Of a DNA stretch of 64,000 bases, positions 24,108 to 36,299 are shown one piece after another. Position 1 is the first letter of the stretch, and the number at the start of each line of letters is the position of its first letter. The position numbers were made by a program, and so were the translations under genes. The stretch covers positions 43,588,001 to 43,652,000 of the forward strand of contig NC_087447.1 in assembly GCF_036321535.1 (NCBI RefSeq), written 5' to 3'. The notes under the pieces were generated by a model that searched no databases, was not told the origin of the DNA, and saw only the letters and a list, made by a program, of their open reading frames with translations. The stretch is from Camelus dromedarius (taxonomy: Eukaryota).

Positions 24108-25644
24108 TTTTGACCATTTTTAAAATCTATTTTGTTATTTGCTTGTTTATTGTGAGGGAATGGAAACTAACCTACATTAAGTGGCAGTAGTTCTTATGGG
24201 TACATTTTTGCATCAAAATTTCTGTAAGGATACTAACAGCTAATACTAATCTATAACTTATTATATGTTAGGCTCGATGGCTCTATTCTAAACATTTTAC
24301 ATAAACTATCTCATATAATCATCATATAATCCTGTGAGGTAAGCATCAGTACCACCATTACTGTCATCATCATCCCCATTTAAAGATGGAGAAACCAAGG
24401 TGTGGAAATAATTCAGAAATCACCCCAGTCAGATCATTTGTAAACTGGTAGAATGTGGATTTGAACCCCAGCAGTCTTATACTAGAGTCTGGCACAGTGT
24501 ATGCTGCCTTTCAGGTGGGTGTATTTGCTGTAAGTATCCCCTATATATAGATGATGGATCTGAGTATCAGAATGGTTAGGCCACACAATGAGAATTCCTC
24601 TCAGCAAGCAGGTCCCACATTCAGTTCAGTTCAACAGAATTATTTTTTAAAATAGGATCTGGTCTTTGGGTCAAGCTCCTTCTCCAAGAACCTTGGAATC
24701 CACTGAGACATCTTAGAGTTTCCTTCTACCTCTACACTGAAGTATTATCAGAAAGCTAGTTCTAGAAAGTAAGAAAGCCACCAGCAAGCATTTCTAAACA
24801 TCTGTGATGTGCCCAGCTAAGGGCCTCCAGTCTTGTTGGAGGCACGGTGTGAATGTACCCTGCAGTTATCAGAAGATAATACAAGATAGAGTATCGTCAT
24901 GGGCACGAGCTGTGTCTGGACATCTGGTGGGAGCTGTTCTAAAGCAGGTGGAAGCAGTGGATTGGAGTTATCTGAGAGTGTGGCATGGAGAGGGAGGGAC
25001 TGGGTCTGGTGGACAACCTAAGAAAATTTTTCTGAAAATGTTTGGTTCATGTACTTGTTAATATTTGAGAAACTTGTTATGCAAGGTGAAAACTTTTTGC
25101 AGGTGTAGAAGGTAACTTGAGTTCCTCCAGACCTCATCAGTCTATAAGTAGAAACAGAACCACCCTAATAACACTCCAAGTCCCACTTATTCCTGCTCCC
25201 ATCTGTCATGAAGGATCTCAGCCCTTGCCAAATGCCCTTTAAAGCTCCTGCAGCACTAAACGGTGTGTCACATGGTTAGGAACAGGTCTGCTCCCATCAG
25301 GCAGTGTGGTTCTTCCACCTCCCACCCTACATCTACTAGGAATTGCATTTCCTTTCTCAGCTTCCAGCCTTCCTCAGGGCCACTGCCACCACACTCCTCT
25401 GGGTGTCCCCACTCTTCTCCCAGCTCCTCCACTGAGCTACTGGAACCCTAATGGTGTCAAAACTATCATATTCCTTGGTGAAATGAGGAAGAGTTTCTCT
25501 CTGCTTTGTGCTGCCCTCCATGAGTACTGCTTGAGTCCTGCTGTTTAATAGGGACTTCAGTGAAACACTTCTTTCAGTTTTGATTTAAGGAGTTCACTTT
25601 TGCTTTCTTTGGGCTCAGTCTAGCAAGGCAATAGTGGGAGACAA

Positions 25645-26165
25645 TGAAGAGATATTTGTACACCCACATTCATAGCAGCATTGTTTTATAATAGCTAAAA
25701 CATAAAAGGGATCCAGGTATCCATTGATAGGTGAATGGATAAGCAAGATGTGGTATATACATACAGTGGAATATTATTCATTCTTTAAAAGGAAAAAAAT
25801 TCTGGCATATGCTACAATATGGTAGAAATTTTAGAACGTTATACCAAATGAAATAAGCCAGTCACAAAAAGATAATTATTGTATGATACCACTTACTATA
25901 GATATTTAGAATAGTCAAAATCATACAGGCAGAGCGTAGAATGGGGCTTGCTGGGGCTGAGAGGGAGGACAGAATGGAGAGGTATTGTTTAATAAGTATA
26001 GAGTTTCAGCTTTTCAAGATGACAAAAGTTATAGAGATGGATGGTGGTGATGGTTGCACAATATTACAAATGTATGTAATACCACTGAACTGTACTTTTA
26101 AAGTGGTTAGATGGTAAGTTTTATATTATGTGTATTTTGCTACTTTATTTAAACTGGGAAAAAAA
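25645..26165 (+). mobile_element. Older L1 (L1M-type) 3' fragment
   Basis: cattcatagcagcattgttttataatagc...gagatggatggtggtgatggttgcacaa. Confidence 0.75.
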
Positions 26166-26530
26166 AGACTGGAAGACACATGCAAGAGACAGACACCATA
26201 TTGTTCTCCAGTTGGCCCCTTGAAATGAAGGTTTCATTATCTCACCACACTTTTGAACCTGGATCATTCTTCCCTCAATATAAATTTTTCCTCAGGAATC
26301 TCTTTAGCTCTAAGCAAACAGACTTTTGCTAATTCCATCCCACCAGTTCAGATATCACTGGAAAAGTCTGAAACCCACTTAGATGTAAGCTGAAGCCCAC
26401 TCCTACAAAAGAAAATTAACTATGTTTTACAAATAGTCCATACCTAATGTTTGTTGAGATTAATCTCTGTGTAACACTTAACATTCTGGGCACAAAATCA
26501 AAAAGTAAGAAGCAAGAAATAAGCTCTTAA

Positions 26531-26673
26531 ACAAAAATAATTTATTTTGCGGTGGGGAGAGGTGATTAGCTTTGTTTGTATGTTTGTTCGTTTAAATGAA
26601 GGTACTGGGGATTGAACCCAAGACCTCATGCATGCTAAGCATGCACTCTACCACTAAGCTATACCTTCCCCCT
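26531..26673 (-). mobile_element. tRNA-derived SINE, same family
   Basis: Same core (ggtactggggattgaaccc...ctctaccact..gctatacc); flanking repeat gaaataag(c/t)tcttaa. Confidence 0.85.
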
Positions 26674-29039
26674 GAAATAAGTTCTTAATACAAGTTGAAG
26701 CTTGGTTTGAGAGCCAACAAAAATGTTTCTGTTTCAGGGAGGGAATCTGGCTCCTCAGGCAGAGTCCTGGAGATGACTTAAGAGTCCAGGTCCTCAGCTT
26801 TGTCAGCCCAGAAACTCAACTGTGTTGACATACTTGCCATGAAGAGGCTCAAGGAAATGAGTCCCAGACTCAAGAGGAGGATATATAAACACGAAGGTAG
26901 GTGTATTAATGCAGGACAGGGGCAATTCATTTCTAGCGAATGGAATATGTGACATGGGATATATACATCCACCCCTCCCAACTTCTGCTGCCAAGCTTTT
27001 CTGATGGGTAACAAAGTCCAGGCTCATCCTCAGGAGCATCTCATGCAGGTATGGGAGAGACTTTCCAAAGCATTCCCCCATCACCGTCCAGTAAGCAGGA
27101 TGCTCATGACGCTGGGCAGGGTAGCAGACACCAGCATTGAGTCCTGCTTTCTGATTTCCCTTCTTTCAGGCTCCCTGAATACCTATCACATGTTAACACT
27201 GTCTATCTTCAGGATAGATTATAATGCAGTGGCTCAGACCATAGATTTCTTAACCACAGACACATATACCTACAAATTCAGGTGTTCTCTGATATCCTCA
27301 ATCATCTATTTATAAAGAATATCCTGGGTTATAATAAGGCTAAGCTAGTGCCTGCACATGATAGACATTCAGTGGTTGTTAGCAAGGTGGTAACCTGTTA
27401 CAGAAAGCTAGTCTCACTCATCATGCTTCCATTCTAGGTCATCCTGAGGCGTTGTAGGGCAACATGAATTTGCCCCTATATACAGTCAATACACATAGTA
27501 GGCATTCTAGTTTTCTTAATAATGTATTCATTTTGAACAAGATACATTAACAAAAGTAGAATAGAGAAAATTTGAACTATTGATATACAACTATATTGAT
27601 CTCAGGTATTCTCACTCTGAAATCCATTCCAACAAGACTGCTTCCAAATTGATTTGACTGAAAACAGATTGACTTGAAATACAACTGTGAACATAACAAT
27701 TTAGTGGAAATGATAAATTTGGTCAAACATGAGTATTTCCACCCATTGCCTTTTATTGATAATTTTAATACCTTCCAGAACATTTTACGTCTGTTTTTGC
27801 ATCTTGAAAAGGTTTTGGTCTATTTTTCCTAATTTAAAGGGCAGGGGAGGCTGACTTCTTTTATGCCACTCATTTCTGTCCAACTCAGAATATAAATATC
27901 CAGAATAAGAACTCTAGAACGATGCATTCCAAGGGACTAGTAGAGATTTTCTTTGGATTGATGGGATATGGGTCTTCTTTAGGTTCTTAGACTTATTTCT
28001 TCATTTATTCAACAAGCATTTGTAAGTAGCTCTGTCTGCATCAGGTAATTAGGCACAAGGGATAATTCAGTGAGCAAAATGGACAAAAATCTATGGGGGT
28101 TAGGAAGGCAGATAATAAACAAAGTAAAAATACAGCAATTGGTAGTAAGTGATACTGAGCAAAATAAGTCAGGGATGAGGGATAGTAAATGCTATCCCAG
28201 AAGGGTATTTGTGATTTTAAAAATCTATGATCAGTGGCTGGGACGTTATGCTTTACACCAGAAACTGACACAATGTAACTGACTATACTTCAATTAAAAA
28301 AAAAATCTGTGGTCAGGGAGGAACTGATAAGGAGACATCTGAGAAAAGACCTGAGGGTGATGGGGGTGAAGGCCAGGCAGATAACTGGGGATTAGTGCAT
28401 TCTAGGCACAGAGAATGGCGAGTGCCAAAGACGTGAGGTGGGAGCATGCCTGAGAAGTCCACAAACCAGCTGGAAGGTCAGAATGCTGGGCGAGATCAGA
28501 GAAGTTAGGTGGGGAGGGCAGCTTGTACAGGACCTTATGGGCTAATGTGAAGACATTGGTTTTACTCCAAGTGGAATAAGAGGACATCAAATGACATCAC
28601 AGGACCTAAACCCATTTTAACAAGGTCACTCTTGCTACTGTGTTGAAACTACAATGCTGGGAGAGGGCTGGGGAGAAAGCAGGGAGATCAGCTGGGAGAC
28701 TGCTGCAATAACCAGGGCAAGAAACTGACATCTGAATGGTAGCAGTGGACTTGGTAAGAAATACGGTCTGGATATACATTCAAGTAACAGCCAACAGGAT
28801 TTCCAAATAGACTGGATCTGAGGTGTGAAAAATGACCCTAGTGGTTTTGGCATGAACAACTGGAAGTATGATGTTGCCATGTCCTGAAATGAAAAATTTA
28901 GAACAGTAGACAGTAACTAATGTGGCACAGGAACATTTTGAACTATTTATATATGACTTTATGTATTTATTTATTTAAATTGAAGTATAGTTGATTTACA
29001 ATGTTGTGTCAGTTTCTGGTGTACAGTATAATGATTCAG

Positions 29040-29040
<1 letters not shown>

Positions 29041-29106
<66 letters not shown>
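29041..29106. repeat. (TA)33 microsatellite
   Basis: Direct reading. Confidence 0.95.
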
Positions 29107-29111
<5 letters not shown>

Positions 29112-29487
29112 AAAATGTTCTTTTTCATTATAGGTAATTAAAGGATACTGAATGTAGTTCCCTGTGCTATACATTATGATCTTGTTGTTTATCTATTTTA
29201 TATAGAGTAGTTTGTATCTGCTGATCCCAACCTTCTAATTTACCCCTCCCCCTTCCCTTCCTCTCTGGTAACCATAGGTTTGTTTTCTGTCTGTGAGTCT
29301 ACTTCTGTTTTGTAAATAAGTTCATTTGTATCATTTTTTTTAAGATTCCACATAGAAGTGATATCATATGATATTTGTCTTTCTCTGACTTACTTCACTT
29401 GGTATGATAATGTCTAGGTCCATCCATGTTGCTGCAGTTGGCATTATTTCATTCTTTTTTATGGCTGAGTAGTTTTCATACATGTAT

Positions 29488-29494
<7 letters not shown>

Positions 29495-29536
<42 letters not shown>
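29495..29536. repeat. (CA)21 microsatellite
   Basis: Direct reading. Confidence 0.95.
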
Positions 29537-29540
<4 letters not shown>

Positions 29541-32086
29541 GACATATATACCACATCTTCTTTATCCATTCATCTGTCAATGGACACTTAGGTTACTTCC
29601 ATGTTTTGGCTATTGTAAATAGTGCGGCTGTGAAAATTGGGGTGCACGTGTCTTTTTGAATTAGAGTTTTCTCTGGATGTATGCCCAGGAGTGAGATTGC
29701 TGGATCATATGGTAACTCTATTTTCAGTTTTTTAAGGAATCTCCATACTGCATCAGCATACTGTTGACATTTAAATTTGTGACATAGGACGAGATTACTA
29801 GTGAAGCTGAGATTTGAGTAGTGGGGCACTACAACATTTACAGATGGTGGAGTTGACTGAGAACTGACTATTACATTTAGCAATGTGAAGGTACTGAAAT
29901 CTCAACAGGGGTAGATTTAAAAGAGTGCTGAGAGTGAAGCTTTTTTTGAAGTAGACTTGAGAGAATTTGATGGGAAGAATTCAAAATGGCAAGTCTAGGC
30001 AACTCTTCCAAGAAATTTTGTTGTAACCGGGAACACAGAAATGGAAAAGCACCTAAACATGGATATGTAACTCAAGAGAAGGTTTTATGACTTTTTTAAT
30101 ATGAGAAAAATTAGAGAACACATATACACTGCCAGGAATTATCAAGTAGAGAAGAGGAACTGATCATGAAAGAGAAAGATGGAAGAATTGCTGGGGCAAT
30201 GTTCCTTAGCAGATAAGAGAGGAAGAGAACTTTGATGGGAACACAGCAGGTAATACACAGTAACAGGAGGAAAGACAGAGAAAAGAGGTGCCTTTTCTAC
30301 ATTTCTATACTTTCTGAAATCTCTTCCACCATGGAAGAAACTTACACTTGCTCTTAAATAAACTGCAAAAGGCTGAAATCTCAATACAAATGATCCAATC
30401 ACAGCCCTTTCTCCAAAAGCATCATTTGACATCTCTGGGCCTTAGCTTTGGCAGCTGACAAATGGAGCATTTCTTGAAATTGGAAGTCAGGGATTGAGTT
30501 TAAGTTTGCATGGCACCACGAACATTATGCGTTGACTGTACCACAGGTTGCTGTGGTCTAGGGGAAGGACATCAGGCTGAACTCAGAAACATGGGCTTTT
30601 GTCCCAGCTTTGCTCTCTTCAGGCTATGTGATCTTGGACAAGGCTTGGAATCCTTCGGAGGTTCTTTCTCCAAACTAAAGTGGTCATAAAGGATCACAGT
30701 AATTTCAGAGGAGACATGTTCCACTATGGGAAATGCTTTGTAAACCCTATGGTTCAATGACAAAAGAAGGTTTTATAATGACTCTGAATGGAGGCCTTAG
30801 CCCAATTTGTTATATCTTCACTTATTCCTGCTTTTTTTAAAAAATAGAAATTGCCCCTACAAACAAAACTCTTTTCAGAAAATCTCCTGCTTTTGTCCCT
30901 GTAAGGGACAAGGAAGTAGAGACTGGGACAAATTAGTTAACAGCCAACGTCCTGGTTGTGTTCAAGTAGGAGATAGGAATGCCTTCTTTCATTTCTTTCT
31001 TTTGGACATTTTCCCCTTCCGCCTTCCTGGAGGCCAGCCTTTCTCTTAACACAGATCTGAGGCTTCCCGTCCCAGGTTGGCAGCCTCACCCATCTGTGCA
31101 GGTGGGACTCTCCCCCAGAAGCTGCATTGGCTGTCCTATTTACTCCCTGTTGTTTCCATAGCCCAAGCTGTGAACTCACAATTACATACTACCTTCTGGA
31201 GCTCTAACCCAGCCCCTGGCACAACAGATGCTGTTTGGGAAGAAATGAAGCAACTGCTGTAAACACTGGTGAGGGAACTTAGTTCGCATTGTTGGCATAG
31301 CTCTGCAGACAGAGATGCTCAGGGAGGATTCCTCTGGGTGTGGGAGGGATGGCGGGAATAGGACTCTGCAAGCTGTTCTTTTGAGTCCTCCCAAACACAA
31401 TGTTTCTGGCAAATTCTGGCCATTCCTAGTGTCTCGAGCCTCTTGTCTACATAGTCTTATCCCGTCAGGCTTAAGTCAGCCCCAGATTGCCAAGAACATG
31501 CAAAGTTTTCCCTGCCACATTCCTGTTGTACAAGCCAAGTTTGAGATATTCCAAAAAGCAAAGTGTTACCTTTGCTTTATGTCCATCTGCAGTGCTCAGT
31601 GGGGAGTTCTGATCAGGTGGCATCAGGATACTACAGTTTAAAATCCTTAAAGAGGAAAATCTAGGAAACTTCAGTTCAAGTAATAGTCTGCCTAGGTCAT
31701 GGTTGGTTGCTTGGAGTTCGATGCTCCATCTGCGTTCTCTCCTAAAATTCACCCCAGTCAACTAGATTTGTTTGCTGAGGTCCTTTGTTGAGGATGACAT
31801 TTTTGCACAATGAACAGAGGACAGGCCGGAGCCAGGGTGCGGAGGAAGGGGTGGGGTGGGTGGACCTCTCAAGTGGCCTGGCAGACACAGCAAGCTCAAG
31901 ATGTGGCCAGGCAGCAGGAGGTGTTGAGGGAGGTTATTCATGAAAGAAAAGAAACCCATCATTAGAGCAATGGGAGAGGGGAGGGTACCTCCTGCCTTCT
32001 CTGATCCAAATCACAGGGAATATATTTTTGGAATAAATCCAAATATTAATAAGCCCTAAGAATCAAAAACAAGAGTTCATTTAGCG

Positions 32087-32576
32087 TATTAGTTTCCCAT
32101 TGCTTCTGTAACAAACTACCACAAATCAACTGGCACTAAACAGCACACATTTATTCTCTTACAGTTCTGGGAGCCAGAATTATAAAATCAATTTCACTGG
32201 GCTAAAGTCAAGGTGTCAGCAGGGCTGGTTCCTTCCAAAGGCTCTAAGGAAAAAATCTTTTCCCTTGCCCTTTTCAGCTTCTAGAGGCGCCTACATTCCT
32301 TGGTTTCTGGTCGCTTCCTCCATCTTCAGAGTTTGCCACTCCATTTGCTGCTTCTGTCATCACATCACCTTATTCTCTGTCCCCTGCCACAGTGTCCTTC
32401 TTATAAAGAATATTGTGATCATGTGGGACCCACGAGACAATCCAGGATAGTCTCCCCAACTCAAGATCTTTAATTTCATCACAGCCAAAAAGTCCCTTTT
32501 ACCATATAAGACAGCATTCACAGGTTCAAGGATTTAGGATGTGGTATGTTTGGGGGGCTGTATTTGAGCCTACCAT
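32087..32576 (-). mobile_element. MLT1-like MaLR solo LTR
   Basis: gtattagtttcc...tgtaacaaactaccacaaa...tttattctcttacagttctgg...gcctaccata. Confidence 0.72.
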
Positions 32577-34949
32577 AACTGAAGCTTCAAATGGCCAGAG
32601 GTGCTTCTTTGGTCAGAGGAGAAAATCAAAACAAATCATCATCAAAGTTAAAAGCTAATGAAAGGCCCACAACAGCCTGGAAATGGAAGGAGCATACATT
32701 ATGAGCATCACTGGTCAGGGCACCAGTTTCCTCCAGGGTGTCTCAGCAGTGACAGAGGTTCGATGCTGTCATATGTGCTCAAACAGTGACAACAAGCATC
32801 TGTTCTTTCTTTTTTCAGCAAACACTTGCCGGGGGACTGTTCTTTGCCAGGCTCTATTACTGAGCTGGGGATAAAGGGAGTAAGACATAGGCTCATGGTC
32901 TACTTAAGATTAGGAGATGAGCCAAAATCTGGGCAGCACTCGAGCACATGAGGGACACACATAAAGTGTGTGGGAGTGCTGGGGAAATAAGGAAATCATT
33001 GCCCCCTCAAAATTACGGGGAGCCCAGGGAAATGGCTGCCTTCGTCCTGCTCCAAGATTAACAAAGCACGATGTGCCATCTGCCCCTCTAACAACACAGA
33101 GGGACCGTACAGGGAACGTGAGAAGGATGGAGGCAAAGTACTAAGAAAGCCATAGAAAAACAGTGAGGCACCTTTAGATTCCAAAGCAAAACATACTTTG
33201 ATTGAATTAAAGGAAGACCATGAAGTTTCTAAGTATTTACTAGGCATCTACCAGGTGCTAGGCACTGTTCCAGTCCTGGGATCCAGCAGGAGTTAAAACA
33301 GACAAAGCAATCCCTGTCCTCGTGGAGCTTATGTTCTGGTGGGAAGGGAAAGACAAGCAAGTAGGTAAGCGATGAAGTACTGCATCTGGTAATCTGTCCT
33401 ACAGAGACAAATGAAGCAAGGAAGGTGCAGAGTACTGATGGAAAGGGTAGTTCCTTTCTTTAGTATTTATGGAGCATCGATGATGAATAGTATTTATGAG
33501 CACCTGCTCTTGCCAGGTAGTGTGCTAAATACTGCAGGGCTGAGATGAATTCAAACCAAAGAAACAGCTAAATTGGGGGATCAGAACAGTCATCTCTAAG
33601 AAAGTAACATTTGAATTGAGACCCAAATAAGAGGGAAAGATATAAACGGTTGTTATTAACTACTGTAATTAGAGAAGTATGGTATTGTCAGAGGGGCTGG
33701 GCAACTAGATCAATGTAAGGGAACAGGGAGGCCAGAACCAGACTCACACATATACGAAAACTGATACACAACTGGGGTGGCATTGCGGGTTAGTGACCAG
33801 GTATGAGCAATTCAATAAATGTCACCAAGACAACGCATTATCCATATAGAAAAAAGTAAACTGGATCCCTGCTTCACATCATACATAGAAATCAATTCCA
33901 GGTGGTTGAGAGACATAAAAGTAAATGGGAAAATACTTCGTCTTGTCAGAGAAAACACGGAGTATCTTGAACTTGGGTAGGAATAGACAAGTCACAAAAA
34001 GCACTAACTATAAAAGCGAAAGATTGAAGATTGATGCACTTGACTACATTACAATTACATACTTCTGTTCATCCTAAGACAGAGAGAAGGAAGGGAAGAG
34101 TAAACTGCTTACCAGGAGAAAACACTTGTATCTGATAAAATTAGCAAAGAATTGCTATAGAATATATATAAAAGAATCCTAAAAATCTGTAAGAAAAAAG
34201 CCAACTCAGTACACAAATGGGCAAAATTCATAAGCTGGCATTTTTTTTTCAAAGAAATTCCAAGGGGAAATAAACCCATGAAATGTGTTCAACCTCCTTA
34301 GCAATTAGGTAATGAAATTATTTCCCAAGCCTTCATTTTACACTTTTAGAGTGCCAGAAATGAAGGTATCTGGCAATAACATCCTGGCACCTGCAGGTGT
34401 TGGGGATGTTGGGGGGGGGGGGTGTCCATTATGCCTGTGCCTGTGGGTGGGTGTTCGATTCTTGGCTTCTCTGTCTCGCTTAGGCCTGGAGGCAGGGATT
34501 CACCTTTGCCACTGGCGGTGGGAGAAGTGATAGGGAAGGGAGTTACTAAGGTTCTGAAATGTGCTGTGAGGAACCCCCATAACCGTCTATGCCTCTCATT
34601 CTGCCTCTTCTTTGGACATGCGTTAGGTACCTGTTATCTCTCTCTCCCAGTAGAGAGCGAAAGAAGGAATGAGCGCTTTGAAAGAACGTCTCCTTTAACT
34701 GGGTCACACACCCATCTCCACAAACACCTGACCCGAGGACCAGGCTCAGTAGGAACTCATTAGTGTCGACTGCGTATATTTCTGTGCTCTTTGACTTGGC
34801 CTGAATTCCCATGTCTTTGACCAGCATCCCCTTCCTCCAGCCTTGCCACAACTTAAGCGGAGTTCTCCGGCTGCTCAGAGTGTGCGCCAGGAGGACCAGG
34901 ATGGAGAGCGAGCCACGTAATAAACAAGGGATGCAAAACAAGGAGTGAG

Positions 34950-35560
34950 GAAGCCCGCAGCTCCCCGTGGGGCCTGGGTCCCGCAGTGGAAGGCTCTGGA
35001 TTCGGCGGCCCCGGGGGCAGGGCCCGAGCAGAGCCCGAGTCCCGCGAGACTCTCCAGACCCCGGCCCTCGAGGTAGGTGCCGCCACGCGCGCCACGCGCC
35101 TGCGCCCGTGCTGGGCGCGGATTCCGGCCTAGCGCGTCCGCGGCGTCGGCCCAGCCCGGCCTAGCAGCCAGCGCCACTTCGACGACATGTTCGGCGTCTC
35201 GTTCCGGGTGAGTTCGCGGCGGCGGGACGACCCGGCGGGAAGAGCCCAGAGATGCGGGGACAGGCAGGAGCCGGGCGGAAGCTTCCCGGGCGCCAGGGCG
35301 GGATGGGACCGGGGAGAAGGCCCGGCGACGATGGCGGCCGCGCGGCGGGCCCGTGAGGGGCTGGGAGCGGGGCGGGCGCTGGGCCGCCGGGGCGGAGCCG
35401 GAGGAGGCGTGGTGCGGGGCGGGGTCGGCGCCCCGGCGTGAGAAGAGGGCGGGCGGACCCCACCTCTCCCAAATTCGGCCGGAGCGGGGCCGGCCGGGCT
35501 CGACTGCGGGGTGGAGGGGTTGGGGGTTGGATGGGGGAGGCCAGCCCAGCCGCTGGTAGG
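34950..35560. promoter_or_regulatory. CYB5R2: CpG-island promoter of CYB5R2
   Basis: Sharp rise in GC and CpG density; NRF1-like GCGCCTGCGC 35096-35105; GC box GGGGCGGGG 35416-35424; several gt donors (35073, 35208, 35560) suggest alternative first exons. Confidence 0.85.
35187..35207 (+). CDS. CYB5R2: CYB5R2 candidate first coding exon (MFGVSFR)
   Basis: gacATG with purine at -3; CGG|gtgagt donor, phase 0, in frame with exon 40548. Confidence 0.6.
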
Positions 35561-35645
35561 TGAGGGCCCAGGCCTTGTTCGTCAGCCTCGGAGAGTGTTG
35601 GTGTGTCCTGAGCGCTAAGGTAATGGAGTACCTCGGAGTCAGTGG

Positions 35646-36299
35646 TGTACGAATTAAGCCCTATGGACCCTGCAGAAGCTCTAGGCCAGCTCTCTGCCTG
35701 GACGGGGTGGGGGGTGGGTTGGGGAGGGAGGCGGGGGAGGGTCCTTTTTCTCTCTAGTTGGAGTAGGCTAGTAACCCAACTCCAGCTGAGATCAATACAG
35801 GATGAGCTTTATTCACTAGCCAAAGAATGGAGAAGCAGGAACTAAGTTCCCAGATCAACCTCTCACCCACCTGGCGAGAGGGATTTTATTTTACAGAGTA
35901 AAGACAAAGGGAGGAGTGAGGCTAATGATGGTGAGGCATGTGCATTTGTCTAGTGGGGACAGACAGGTTTTTTTAAGAGAGTGGGGTGCCAGCCCTTTAT
36001 CCTTATTTGGTTTTTAATGTCTGGTCCTGGCTGATGGTAAGTATATCATTGAATACGTTAATGGAGTAAAGTTAATACATGAGACTGAAGGTCTGTTGGA
36101 GGGCCAGCTGGTTCCGTTTAGTTTTATCCTTTTTTTGTTTTTAGCTTCCTTTCTTATTTCCAGACCCTTTAACTTAAAGATTTATGTTCAGTCCTGCTAA
36201 AGGTGGGGGTGGAGTTTGGCAGATTTTGAGCAAGAACGCTCCTGCTACTGGTGGGGTTTGATGGGTTTTGAGCAAAGACGTGGAGCAGCTCTGGCAACA
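35646..36299 (-). repeat. 3' LTR of the provirus
   Basis: Begins TGTTGCCAGAGCTGCTCCA on -, directly after the PPT; contains minus-strand AATAAA (tttatt ~35808-35813). Confidence 0.85.

Larger units (their letters stand above)
28965..29750 (-). mobile_element. L1 3' fragment with embedded microsatellites
   Basis: ORF2 relic VWRFLKKLKIELPYDPAISLLGIHP...CTPIFTAALFTIAKTWK. Confidence 0.88.

Noticed and set aside
26937..27048. Exon-like segment (ttctag...cag|gtatgg) as a relic CUB exon after the fossil protease
   Set aside because: Only a vague QSPG similarity with no convincing CUB Cys/Trp/Phe pattern; it needs a profile search.
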